Shown: positions 9,413 to 17,015 of the stretch, piece by piece
Layout of the letters: every line of letters begins with the position of its first letter
Numbering within the stretch: position 1 is the stretch's first letter
Source: a virus
Taxonomy: Duplodnaviria; Caudoviricetes
Strand: one strand, 5' to 3'
Length of the DNA stretch: 54,925 bases
Virus record (IMG/VR): IMGVR_UViG_3300034107_000498
Span: 1-54,925 of that record
The notes under the pieces: model-generated
Told to the model about the DNA's origin: nothing
The model's input: the letters and a program-made list of their open reading frames with translations, nothing else
Databases searched by the model: none
Position numbers and translations under genes: made by a program

Positions 9413-10120
9413 ATGATATCAGGAATATATTTATTACGATTTAAAGATGGTTCTGTGTATGTAGGACAGTCAAGAGATATATACAGAAGGTATACTACCC
9501 ACTGTAATAAACTTGAGAAGGGTACCCACTCTAACTCTAAAGTATCTTCTGCATACTCTAAGTACGGAAAGCCTGTCTTAGAAGTCCTATTAGAATGTGC
9601 TACCAGCACTTTAGATATTAATGAAAAAGAAGCAATACAAATATATGATTCTATCAATAATGGTCTAAATATTGCACCTGCTGGAGGAGAGTTTCCTATA
9701 TTAAATGGAGAATCTAACGGGTTTTCAAGGTATTCTGATAGTGAAATTATATCTGCTATGGAGTACTTAGCCAATAATTTAAACCAGCCCTTAAAAGTAT
9801 CTGCAGACATACTAGGTATTAACTATTCCACTATTAAGAATATATCAAATGGTACATCTCACAGATGGTTATCACAAAAGATTCCTGATACATATAATAA
9901 AGTACTATCTCATAAAGGCAAGCGTATAATTAATACTAGTGGTAGTAAAGGTAGATCATATACAGCTATATCACCAACAGGAATAATATACACTAATATA
10001 ACAAATATAACTACTTTTGCTAAAGAACATGGATTAAATCGTGGAGCTTTAGGTGAAGTAGTACGAGGAAATGCTCATCAACACAAAGGCTGGACCTCTA
10101 TTCCCAATCCCTTAATTTAA
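9413..10120 (+). CDS. free-standing GIY-YIG homing endonuclease with C-terminal HTH/NUMOD-like DNA-binding domains
   Basis: SGIYLL...YVGQS..RRY..H, then E and N conserved; HTH-like SADILGINYSTIKNI; C-terminal FAKEHGL...HKGW. Confidence 0.85.
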   Translation: MISGIYLLRFKDGSVYVGQSRDIYRRYTTHCNKLEKGTHSNSKVSSAYSKYGKPVLEVLLECATSTLDINEKEAIQIYDSINNGLNIAPAGGEFPILNGESNGFSRYSDSEIISAMEYLANNLNQPLKVSADILGINYSTIKNISNGTSHRWLSQKIPDTYNKVLSHKGKRIINTSGSKGRSYTAISPTGIIYTNITNITTFAKEHGLNRGALGEVVRGNAHQHKGWTSIPNPLI

Positions 10121-10128
10121 TAAAAAAT

Positions 10129-10299
10129 ATGGAACCACAAAAAGATTTTATTTTAACACTAACTTTAACTGTAGAAGAAGCAAATACAATTTTAGCGGGA
10201 CTACAAGAACTACCTGCTAAAGTTTCTAACCCACTAACTAATAAGTTAGTAAGACAAGCACAGGAACAGCTTGCCAAAGAGCAAGTACCCGAAGAGTAA
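10129..10299 (+). CDS. small hypothetical protein (56 aa, not in the ORF track)
   Basis: MEPQKDFILTLTLTVEEANTILAGLQELPAKVSNPLTNKLVRQAQEQLAKEQVPEE*, followed by a terminator. Confidence 0.75.
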   Translation: MEPQKDFILTLTLTVEEANTILAGLQELPAKVSNPLTNKLVRQAQEQLAKEQVPEE

Positions 10300-10306
10300 G
10301 CAAAAT

Positions 10307-10346
10307 AAAAGCCCCCAAGTTTAATAGCTTGGGGGCTTTTTCTTTT
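10307..10346 (+). terminator. Rho-independent terminator
   Basis: AAAAGCCCCCAAG-loop-CTTGGGGGCTTTT-TCTTTT. Confidence 0.9.
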
Positions 10347-10440
10347 GGAACAGAATTTTATAGTAACGTGCATTTTGACTCCTGTAACCAGAAAATTAAG
10401 GTTGTTGTGACATATCAATCATGTTATAATAGTTACGGTT
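10347..10440 (+). repeat. 94-bp imperfect direct repeat, copy 1, containing an extended -10 promoter
   Basis: Aligns without gaps to 10747-10840; TTGTTG-17-TATAAT (10425-10430) with TG. Confidence 0.9.
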
Positions 10441-10463
10441 AATAAACTTTAAAGGAATAAATT

Positions 10464-10718
10464 ATGAGAACATATTGGGTATATAAGTACAATAAAACGC
10501 CTGAAAGCGATACTATAGAATACAATGATGAAGCTACTATGGTTGAAAATAATCTAAGAACCATGAGACGGGCTATAGAAAGTATAGATGAAGTAATCAA
10601 CAATAAAGACAATGTACCTGAATGGGTACAGGAAAAAATTGCTGTAACTAAGTCAATGCTGGTTAGTGTATCGGAGTATATGCAATCAAAACAACGTAGT
10701 AAAAAAGAGCTATATTGA
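10464..10718 (+). CDS. hypothetical helical protein (84 aa)
   Basis: AAGGA RBS; DNVPEWVQEKIA motif; directly after promoter copy 1. Confidence 0.75.
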   Translation: MRTYWVYKYNKTPESDTIEYNDEATMVENNLRTMRRAIESIDEVINNKDNVPEWVQEKIAVTKSMLVSVSEYMQSKQRSKKELY

Positions 10719-10746
10719 TTTTATGGTTTAGTGGATTGTTATTGGC

Positions 10747-10840
10747 GGAACATAATTTCTTAGTTACTTGCATTTTAATTCCTGTAGCCAGAAAATTAAG
10801 GTTGCTGTCATATATCAAACATGCTATAATATTCACAGTT
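10747..10840 (+). repeat. 94-bp imperfect direct repeat, copy 2, containing an extended -10 promoter
   Basis: Exactly 400 bp downstream of copy 1; TTGCTG-17-TATAAT (10825-10830) with TG. Confidence 0.9.
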
Positions 10841-10901
10841 GCCAAGGTTTTGGTAACTGCGCGTGATACGCAGTATCATTTCTGCTTTAAAAGGAAGTTG
10901 T

Positions 10902-11753
10902 ATGGCAGATGAGACTGGCGTACCAGAATTAAATTCAACAAATAATGTTGGGTATGATATGAGTGCGCTTCAAACTAAAATTGATCAAGCTAATAACTAC
11001 TATTCAAAAGTTATGAGTGAGATTACAAAACTAAAGGATAAAAACATGGCAGAAATTATGACTCCCGGTATGATTATGGGTGGTAACGGTGATGGTGGTA
11101 TGGGCATTGGCGGTGGATTAATCGGTGGATTGATCTTGGGCAGTTTGCTGCGTAACAACGGAAATTTGTTGGGCGGTGACGGAGCAGGTGCAGCAGCAGG
11201 TGCAGTTCTTCGCAGTCCTCCAGAACAAGTACAAGCAAATATGAGTTTAATGGCAGCTATTGGTGCCGTTGATAAGTCAGTTGCAGTATCAACAACAGCA
11301 TTTGAAGCATCACAAGCTGCTCAAAGTTTAGGTTTAACAAATCAGTTTAACAATACTACTGCTGCTTTGTCAGCACAGTTAATGACGCTTCAAAGAGAAG
11401 TAATGGAAAACCGTTATGAACTGTCTAAAGACATTACAGCAGATGGTGCAGCAACTCGTGCTTTAATTGTATCACAATACGAAAATACATTAAACCGTCA
11501 ACTTGGTGATGCAAACGCTGAAATTATTGCATTAAAAAATCGTTCAGCGCTTGATGCAGCTACTAGCGGTATTACTCTTACAAATACCAATAACATCAAT
11601 CAGATGCAACAACAGTCACAACAACAACAACAGTACGCACATTTGGCAAACTTGATCTATGGGTTAGGTCAAAACATCACAAATGGTGCAATTAATGTTG
11701 GAAGTGGTACACTTACTGCTAACCCAGTTAACACAAATACTAGCATCCGTTAA
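10902..11753 (+). CDS. Gly-rich / hydrophobic / coiled-coil / Q,N-rich protein; second in-frame start at 11046
   Basis: AAGGAAG RBS before ATG 10902 and AAGGA before ATG 11046; GGGLIGGLILGSLL segment; ADGAATRALI; NNINQMQQQSQQQQQ. Confidence 0.8.
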   Translation: MADETGVPELNSTNNVGYDMSALQTKIDQANNYYSKVMSEITKLKDKNMAEIMTPGMIMGGNGDGGMGIGGGLIGGLILGSLLRNNGNLLGGDGAGAAAGAVLRSPPEQVQANMSLMAAIGAVDKSVAVSTTAFEASQAAQSLGLTNQFNNTTAALSAQLMTLQREVMENRYELSKDITADGAATRALIVSQYENTLNRQLGDANAEIIALKNRSALDAATSGITLTNTNNINQMQQQSQQQQQYAHLANLIYGLGQNITNGAINVGSGTLTANPVNTNTSIR

Positions 11754-11770
11754 TATTTAATGTGTTTAAT

Positions 11771-11807
11771 AAGCCCCGCAGCCACAAGTTGTGGGGCTTT
11801 TTATTTT
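11771..11807 (+). terminator. Rho-independent terminator
   Basis: AAGCCCCGCAGC-loop-GTTGTGGGGCTT-TTTATTTT. Confidence 0.85.
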
Positions 11808-11818
11808 AAGGAATAAAT

Positions 11819-12322
11819 ATGGATCAAAGACAAAGACAAAGTATGCCTTTTGGTTGGCCTATGGCTCCATTTATACCTGCCATAATGCCTGCTCCTATAG
11901 TGCCTTTTTGTCCTCCTGTGTTAGATGATTGTGACTTAGTTATTAACAGTAACATTATAGGACCTCCTGGACCTCCTGGACCTCCTGGACCTCCTGGACC
12001 TCAAGGTGAACCAGGACCCCAAGGCCCTGCTGGCAGTTTAGCAGATGTTCCTGTTACACTAATAGACGAAGCAACATATATTCCAGATTTAACAGAATAT
12101 TTTTTAGGTGTTATTTATGATGGTTCGGTTACGATTACTTTACCTGCGGGTACTCTGGGCAAAGTTTATGTTGTCAAAGATGCTGTTGGAGACGCTAACA
12201 CGAATCCGATTACTGTGGTAGCTACTGGTTCGACTATTGATAGTTTAACCAATTATGTATTAAACACAGATTGGGGATCTATTAGTTTAATTTACAACGG
12301 TATAGAATGGAACGTAGTATGA
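11819..12322 (+). CDS. collagen-like protein with Pro/Cys-rich N-terminus and beta-rich C-terminal domain
   Basis: (GPP)4-GPQ-GEP-GPQ-GPA; C-terminal TITLP..GKVYVVKD...TIDS...SLIYNGIEW; AAGGA RBS. Confidence 0.8.
   Translation: MDQRQRQSMPFGWPMAPFIPAIMPAPIVPFCPPVLDDCDLVINSNIIGPPGPPGPPGPPGPQGEPGPQGPAGSLADVPVTLIDEATYIPDLTEYFLGVIYDGSVTITLPAGTLGKVYVVKDAVGDANTNPITVVATGSTIDSLTNYVLNTDWGSISLIYNGIEWNVV
11960..12002 (+). repeat. 9-bp tandem repeat GGACCTCCT (collagen GPP)
   Basis: ggacctcct x4 + ggacctc. Confidence 0.9.
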
Positions 12323-12870
12323 GCTATAATCAACCTTTGGCTTCAACTACTGATTATGGTGCTGTAAAAGTTGGCGGTGGTTTAAGTGTTACAGATGGCG
12401 TTATTAGCGCAGGAAGTGGCTTGCTTAACTATGGGTTTTATAGCAATGGCACGCAAACGAATCCAGTTGCAAATCAAGTTAACATAGGCACATTTAGTAC
12501 TACAGGACCTAACAACGGTGTTACACTAATAGGTAATAACATTTTACGAGTAACCAATGCTGGCGTGTACACAGTGCTATTTACTACCACAATGGCAAAA
12601 ACCAGTGGCGGTACTAGCGCAATGAGTATTTGGTTACGATATAATGGAGTAGATGTACCTGGCTCGCGCCAAGACTTAGAGTTAATAAATACTTTATCAA
12701 TAATATTTACCAGTGGCAATTTTACTTTGCCAATGGCTGCTAACAGTGACTTACAGTTTTGTTGGTCTAGTGCAGATACAACAGTAAATCTCAGTGCATT
12801 ACCTGCGGCAATAAATCCTATACGACCCCCAGGTAGTAGTTTAAAAGTTACAATGACTAGAATTAGTTAA
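12319..12870 (+). CDS. BclA-CTD / C1q-TNF-like beta-sandwich protein
   Basis: Start at ATG 12319 (ATGA overlap with the upstream stop); VTNAGVYTVLF...IWLRYNGVDVPGS pattern; fold assigned by resemblance only. Confidence 0.55.
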   Translation: MSYNQPLASTTDYGAVKVGGGLSVTDGVISAGSGLLNYGFYSNGTQTNPVANQVNIGTFSTTGPNNGVTLIGNNILRVTNAGVYTVLFTTTMAKTSGGTSAMSIWLRYNGVDVPGSRQDLELINTLSIIFTSGNFTLPMAANSDLQFCWSSADTTVNLSALPAAINPIRPPGSSLKVTMTRIS

Positions 12871-12883
12871 AAAAGGAAAAATC

Positions 12884-13288
12884 ATGGCATTTAATAGCCC
12901 ATTAAGTTCAACCACTAGTTACGGAGTGGTTAAGGTTGGTAACGGTGTAAACGTAACCAACGGAGTTATTTCTGTAGTAGGAAATGGCGTAGTTAATACA
13001 ACATTAGTTAACAATGCAGCAAGCCCTTATACACTTGATAGTGCTGCTGTAACTCCCAACTATTACCTTGGTGTAGAAGGTACCGGCGCAGCAATTAGCA
13101 TATTATTAACAGCGGGTACAGAAGGCCGAGTAGTTGTAATTAAATCAGAAGCAGGACAAACCAGCGATATTACAATTACTCCTAACGGTGCAGAAACTAT
13201 TGAAAACACAGCTACTTATACAATATTAGCTGCAACAGACGGCGCAGTTACATTAATATTTAGCGGCACAAACTGGAACGCTGTATAA
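12884..13288 (+). CDS. beta-rich protein, mosaic paralog of the two upstream genes
   Basis: N-terminus NSPLSSTTSYGVVKVGNG resembles 12319 NQPLASTTDYGAVKVGGG; C-terminus GRVVVIKS...TIE...TLIFSGTNWNAV resembles the 11819 C-terminus. Confidence 0.7.
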   Translation: MAFNSPLSSTTSYGVVKVGNGVNVTNGVISVVGNGVVNTTLVNNAASPYTLDSAAVTPNYYLGVEGTGAAISILLTAGTEGRVVVIKSEAGQTSDITITPNGAETIENTATYTILAATDGAVTLIFSGTNWNAV

Positions 13289-13725
13289 TGGAAGAACTAC
13301 ACACAGCCCTTAAAAAGGCTTTTGCAACAACCTATGCGTTTTTAGTAAAAGCAGAAAATTTTCATTGGAATGTAACTGGTGTTAACTTTGTGCAATATCA
13401 CAAATTGTTTGGTGAAATTTACGACGAAGTTGAAGACGAACTAGACGATTTTGCTGAAACACTACGTGCACAAAGTATTTATGTGCACGCAAGTTTTCAA
13501 CATTTAAAAGAAATGTCTGCTGTAGAAGATACACTAGAAATTTTACCTGCAAAAGAAATGTTGCGAGTACTTTATATAGATAATGTTAAAGTACATGAAA
13601 CATTATTAACAGCATATCAGTTAGCTGAAACTTATAGAAAACCAGACTTATGTGCTTTTTTAAGTGAACGTATAGAAGAACACCGTAAACACGGTTGGAA
13701 ACTTTTTTCAAGCCTGGAACCATAA
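13288..13725 (+). CDS. dps: Dps family mini-ferritin (DNA protection during starvation)
   Basis: FHWNVTG..F..YHKLFGEIY...DDFAE.LR ferroxidase signature; C-terminal KHGW. Confidence 0.9.
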   Translation: MEELHTALKKAFATTYAFLVKAENFHWNVTGVNFVQYHKLFGEIYDEVEDELDDFAETLRAQSIYVHASFQHLKEMSAVEDTLEILPAKEMLRVLYIDNVKVHETLLTAYQLAETYRKPDLCAFLSERIEEHRKHGWKLFSSLEP

Positions 13726-13764
13726 AAAAGCCCCTATAGATTGCTCTATAGGGGCTTTTTCTTT
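13724..13764. terminator. bidirectional Rho-independent terminator between convergent units
   Basis: AAAAAAGCCCCTATAG-loop-CTATAGGGGCTTTTT. Confidence 0.9.
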
Positions 13765-14398
13765 ATGTTGGAGTATCTTCGTTGCTGTCTTCGTCATCAA
13801 CACTATCTTCATCGTGCATACTATGTAAATTACCAAATACATTTACTAGCATATCGCGATAAGGTTGCTCTACCATATGTAAATCTACTAAATATACATC
13901 TAGGTGATCAAGTCGTAATAGCTCTGCATGATACATAAATTGACCAAATGCTTCTAGTTCTTCACTAATATACTCATTTGCATAATTTTCAAGTACTTGA
14001 GCTGCTACTATACGTGCCATTTTAGGTACAATACCTTTTTCACTTAGTTTTACTAAGTGTAGTGCTTTACCTTCACGTTCTCGCATAATTTGGTTGCGTT
14101 TAGCAGTACTCCAAGAGTATCCGCCGTCTCCGCCCCATAAATCCCAAGCAACACGACCTTTGCTTGGAAAACCTTCCTCACCACTATTAAAACCAGTAGC
14201 ACGTTTGTCTACTTCGTGACGACTAAAGAATGAAAACATTCGCAGTACAGTTGAAGCTGTTAGTGGATCACGATCTTTTAGTTGATTTGCTCGTGCTAAA
14301 CCAACTAGTGTCCCGCCTGGTTTACCATCCGCTCGCCATTTAAGTGCACGACGGGCTGCACTTGCCATGCCTGATGTAGGCTTATAAGTTGTTGCCAT
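13763..14398 (-). CDS. conserved phage hypothetical protein with acidic C-terminal domain
   Basis: PTSGMASAARRALKWR, GLARANQL, RMFSFFSRHE, VAWDLWGGDGG; a motif set I recognise from aquatic phages, function unknown. Confidence 0.75.
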   Translation of the reverse strand: MATTYKPTSGMASAARRALKWRADGKPGGTLVGLARANQLKDRDPLTASTVLRMFSFFSRHEVDKRATGFNSGEEGFPSKGRVAWDLWGGDGGYSWSTAKRNQIMREREGKALHLVKLSEKGIVPKMARIVAAQVLENYANEYISEELEAFGQFMYHAELLRLDHLDVYLVDLHMVEQPYRDMLVNVFGNLHSMHDEDSVDDEDSNEDTPT

Positions 14399-14400
14399 AA

Positions 14401-15087
14401 TTAGTCTCTATAAGCTAAAATAATCTGTTTACACATTTTAGATCTGACAATATCATCATCCATGAATCTTACGACTTCAATGTCTGGGATACGATCTAGT
14501 CTGTGAATTGCATCTGATAGTCCTGAGTCAGGAATATCTGCTTGATCTACGTCGCCACTAATAATCATTTTACAGTTTTTACCAATGCGTGATAGCAGCA
14601 TTTTCATTTCTTCTTTTGTGGCATTTTGTGCTTCATCTAAGAGAACAATGCAATTGTCAAAAGTTGCACCTCGCATAAAGCCCAGTGGCTTAGGCTCAAT
14701 CGTTTTTGCTTTTAGTGCGTACTCGTAAAACCCTTTTCCAAGGCTACGAGCAAATACGTTATCAAAAGGTTCTAGATAAGGAGCATACTTCTCCTCTAGT
14801 GTACCTGGTAAAAATCCTAGCCCACGTCCTGTTTCTACGTTGGGTCTAGTCAGAATTATTTTCTGAATACGTCTATGAAAGAGTTCTCCCGCAGCATATG
14901 TTGCTGCTACATACGTCTTACCTGTTCCAGCACTTCCTACACCAAATACTATTTGATTAGATTGAATTGCTCTTAGGTATTCTGCCTGTATAAAGTTTAG
15001 GGGTTTTACGTCTGTAAATCCATACTCTACTGGGTTACGTTCCAATTGAATTACATTGTCGCGTCTTGCTCTTTTACCACTTGCCAT
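14401..15087 (-). CDS. phoH: PhoH family ATPase
   Basis: GSAGTGKT, LTRP, LGFLPG, FMRGATF, LDEAQN, GDVDQ, DIVRS. Confidence 0.95.
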   Translation of the reverse strand: MASGKRARRDNVIQLERNPVEYGFTDVKPLNFIQAEYLRAIQSNQIVFGVGSAGTGKTYVAATYAAGELFHRRIQKIILTRPNVETGRGLGFLPGTLEEKYAPYLEPFDNVFARSLGKGFYEYALKAKTIEPKPLGFMRGATFDNCIVLLDEAQNATKEEMKMLLSRIGKNCKMIISGDVDQADIPDSGLSDAIHRLDRIPDIEVVRFMDDDIVRSKMCKQIILAYRD

Positions 15088-15129
15088 AAACTTCCTTGTA
15101 AGGTTGATAAAATTGATCTGCCTATTTAT

Positions 15130-15158
15130 ATTATAGCAGACCTAGATGTGTCTGTCAA
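15130..15158 (-). promoter_or_regulatory. consensus sigma70 promoter for phoH
   Basis: Minus strand TTGACA-17 bp-TATAAT with extended TG. Confidence 0.88.
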
Positions 15159-15166
15159 ATATAAAT

Positions 15167-15394
15167 TTACTTCTTCTTAGCTTCTTCAACTTTAGTACCT
15201 TCAAGTTTTTGGTGCACTTTAATAGTTTTGCACTCTTCTTGAGGTTTGCCTGCTTTGTCTAGTACAGGCTTTCCAGCTTTATCTGTTTTTTCTTTACAGA
15301 CTTTTTTGGTTTCTGCTGTAGCATGTGCTAAATTGTTCCACGCTGGAAACGCAAAACCTGCAACCATACATACTGCCCAAAATAATTTTTTCAT
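15167..15394 (-). CDS. small secreted Lys-rich protein
   Basis: Signal peptide ending AHA; two Cys; internal DKAGKP repeat. Confidence 0.75.
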   Translation of the reverse strand: MKKLFWAVCMVAGFAFPAWNNLAHATAETKKVCKEKTDKAGKPVLDKAGKPQEECKTIKVHQKLEGTKVEEAKKK

Positions 15395-15609
15395 TTCTTT
15401 TCCTTAGTTGATGCAAACTTTTCGCTTGCTGTAAATCCTAATCCTGCAATTACAATAAACATCATAGAATCAAATAGTTTTGCGTCTATGGGATAACCAA
15501 GTATCATAGCTATAAAAGCACCAGCACATAGTAAAAAAGCTAAAAAAGTAATTACTCGTTTGCTACTAACGGCTGAGTCTTCTGATAACATAATTTTTAC
15601 GTTATCCAT
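15391..15609 (-). CDS. 2-TM membrane protein, holin candidate
   Basis: SSKR + TM1, TM2, charged C-terminus EKFASTKEKK; downstream of the endolysin. Confidence 0.55.
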   Translation of the reverse strand: MDNVKIMLSEDSAVSSKRVITFLAFLLCAGAFIAMILGYPIDAKLFDSMMFIVIAGLGFTASEKFASTKEKK

Positions 15610-16068
15610 TTAGATTTCCGGATGCGGTGCTTGTTGTGGGGCGGGCTTTCCGTTAATATAAGTAATATTAGTAACAGGAGCTGTTGAAGTTCCATTAAAA
15701 CCAGCAGTTGTTGAGAATCCTGGTGAAAAGGTAGGCTCAATCTTAACTGGATTAGCTTTGGCATAAGTATTTGAATTTTCTTGCGCTTGCTTAATCATGT
15801 CACGTTTCATGTCCATTTCTTCTTTGCTACCGCCTGCTAACATAATTCCTGACAATGTACCTGTTAAGAAGGTAGCAATCGGAATAATCATCTCAAAAAA
15901 CTTTTGATCGATTGGGCTAATAGCGTTTAGTGGCTGGGTAATAAAAATAATAGAGTACAAAACTACAAACACAATGCCAGTTAGTGTAAGCGCAAGACAA
16001 ATCCCAATAAAGAATTTTAGGCGCGCCATTAGCTGATCTTCAGTATAGATAATTGTGTTACTTTCCAC
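15610..16068 (-). CDS. 2-TM membrane protein with low-complexity C-terminal tail
   Basis: Start reassigned to GTG 16068 with AAGGAG RBS; two hydrophobic helices. Confidence 0.7.
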   Translation of the reverse strand: MESNTIIYTEDQLMARLKFFIGICLALTLTGIVFVVLYSIIFITQPLNAISPIDQKFFEMIIPIATFLTGTLSGIMLAGGSKEEMDMKRDMIKQAQENSNTYAKANPVKIEPTFSPGFSTTAGFNGTSTAPVTNITYINGKPAPQQAPHPEI

Positions 16069-16363
16069 GGGTAGCTCCTTGTGTTTGCTGAGGTGTGCAC
16101 GCAGCCACTGGTGCAACTGATTGATTAAATGTTTGAGTTTGTCCATCTTTGGGAGGTCCTAGTCTTGGATCGCGTTGGCCTTTAAAAATATGCTCTGGGC
16201 ACGTTCGGGTAACATCACAGATAGGTACTTTGCAGTAATCTTTGTCCCAATTTGTGGGATCTTGGCAAGGATATCGAAAACTGTCTTTGCCACAAAAAGC
16301 TAGAGCCACGGGTATTGATAGCAAAAGTATTGCCCATTTAAATAGTTTTAAATCGTTGTGCAT
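16058..16363 (-). CDS. small exported Cys-rich protein
   Basis: N-terminal hydrophobic segment; FRYPCQDP.NW...C..P.C....CPE. Confidence 0.7.
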   Translation of the reverse strand: MHNDLKLFKWAILLLSIPVALAFCGKDSFRYPCQDPTNWDKDYCKVPICDVTRTCPEHIFKGQRDPRLGPPKDGQTQTFNQSVAPVAACTPQQTQGATRGK

Positions 16364-16513
16364 TTATAGCCCTATTTTTCCTAATAATAAATTAACAATT
16401 TTATCTGATAGATCGTCGGGTAGAAACTTAAGAAAACCTAAGAAGTATAGTGCAACGCACCCGTATACAAATATTTTTAAGCACATATCAAAAGTTTTTT
16501 GATATTCGTTCAT
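16364..16513 (-). CDS. small membrane protein (49 aa, not in the ORF track)
   Basis: MNEYQKTFDMCLKIFVYGCVALYFLGFLKFLPDDLSDKIVNLLLGKIGL*; fills the gap exactly with an ATGA overlap. Confidence 0.7.
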   Translation of the reverse strand: MNEYQKTFDMCLKIFVYGCVALYFLGFLKFLPDDLSDKIVNLLLGKIGL

Positions 16514-17007
16514 CTGCCACACCTATTGCCTGTTTGACAATACTGCATTAGTTCGTAACCACCAATAAACATTATAAATAAAACAAAAGCAGCTCCACCA
16601 AGTATCATAGCCCATTCATTTAATTCTTCTTCTTTTTGCTTACGTGCACGTTCTTGAGCATTAAAAAGTCTTAGATCATTAGCATCATCTGCATCCATCT
16701 GTGCTTGACGATCTTTAATCTTCTGCCAAACATCAATTTTGCCTGTTTGCATAAACAACATTTTTAGTTCTTCTTCAAATGCTCTGGCTTGTTCTAGGGC
16801 CATTTCAATTTGTAGAGCAGTGCCCATGTTGTTGCCTTTGCCAGACTTCTTTGCTTCCATTAAAGCTTTAGTCGCCGTGCTTTTAGCATCAAACATTTTG
16901 CCAATCATGGGTGCTAGTGACCCTAAATCGTTAGCAACTTTCGAAGCTTTTTTGACCATAGAAATGGCCGTTTGTATCCCCGCTAGTGCGGTCATTGGAT
17001 CTATCAT
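16510..17007 (-). CDS. coiled-coil protein with C-terminal TM anchor
   Basis: MIDPMTALAG..., helical core, WAMILGGAAFVLFIMFIGGY. Confidence 0.75.
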   Translation of the reverse strand: MIDPMTALAGIQTAISMVKKASKVANDLGSLAPMIGKMFDAKSTATKALMEAKKSGKGNNMGTALQIEMALEQARAFEEELKMLFMQTGKIDVWQKIKDRQAQMDADDANDLRLFNAQERARKQKEEELNEWAMILGGAAFVLFIMFIGGYELMQYCQTGNRCGR

Positions 17008-17015
17008 AGTACCCC

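Noticed and set aside
9322-9810. 162-aa minus-strand ORF and other antisense ORFs (e.g. 203-700, 4851-5219, 29807-30259, 43942-44331, 54297-54785)
   Set aside because: Shadow frames of well-supported genes on the opposite strand, with no recognisable motifs
7368-10120. Group I intron or intein in nrdJ hosting the GIY-YIG gene
   Set aside because: nrdJ is complete with its C-terminal Cys pair before the endonuclease, and there is no downstream exon
10347-10840. Spaced direct repeats as a CRISPR array or att sites
   Set aside because: Only two long imperfect copies, each containing a promoter and separated by a gene; no cas or integrase genes
10098-10912. ORFs 10098-10418(-), 10663-10845(-) and 10715-10912(+) with mutually similar peptides
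   Set aside because: The similarity arises from translating the duplicated promoter element; they run across terminators and promoters
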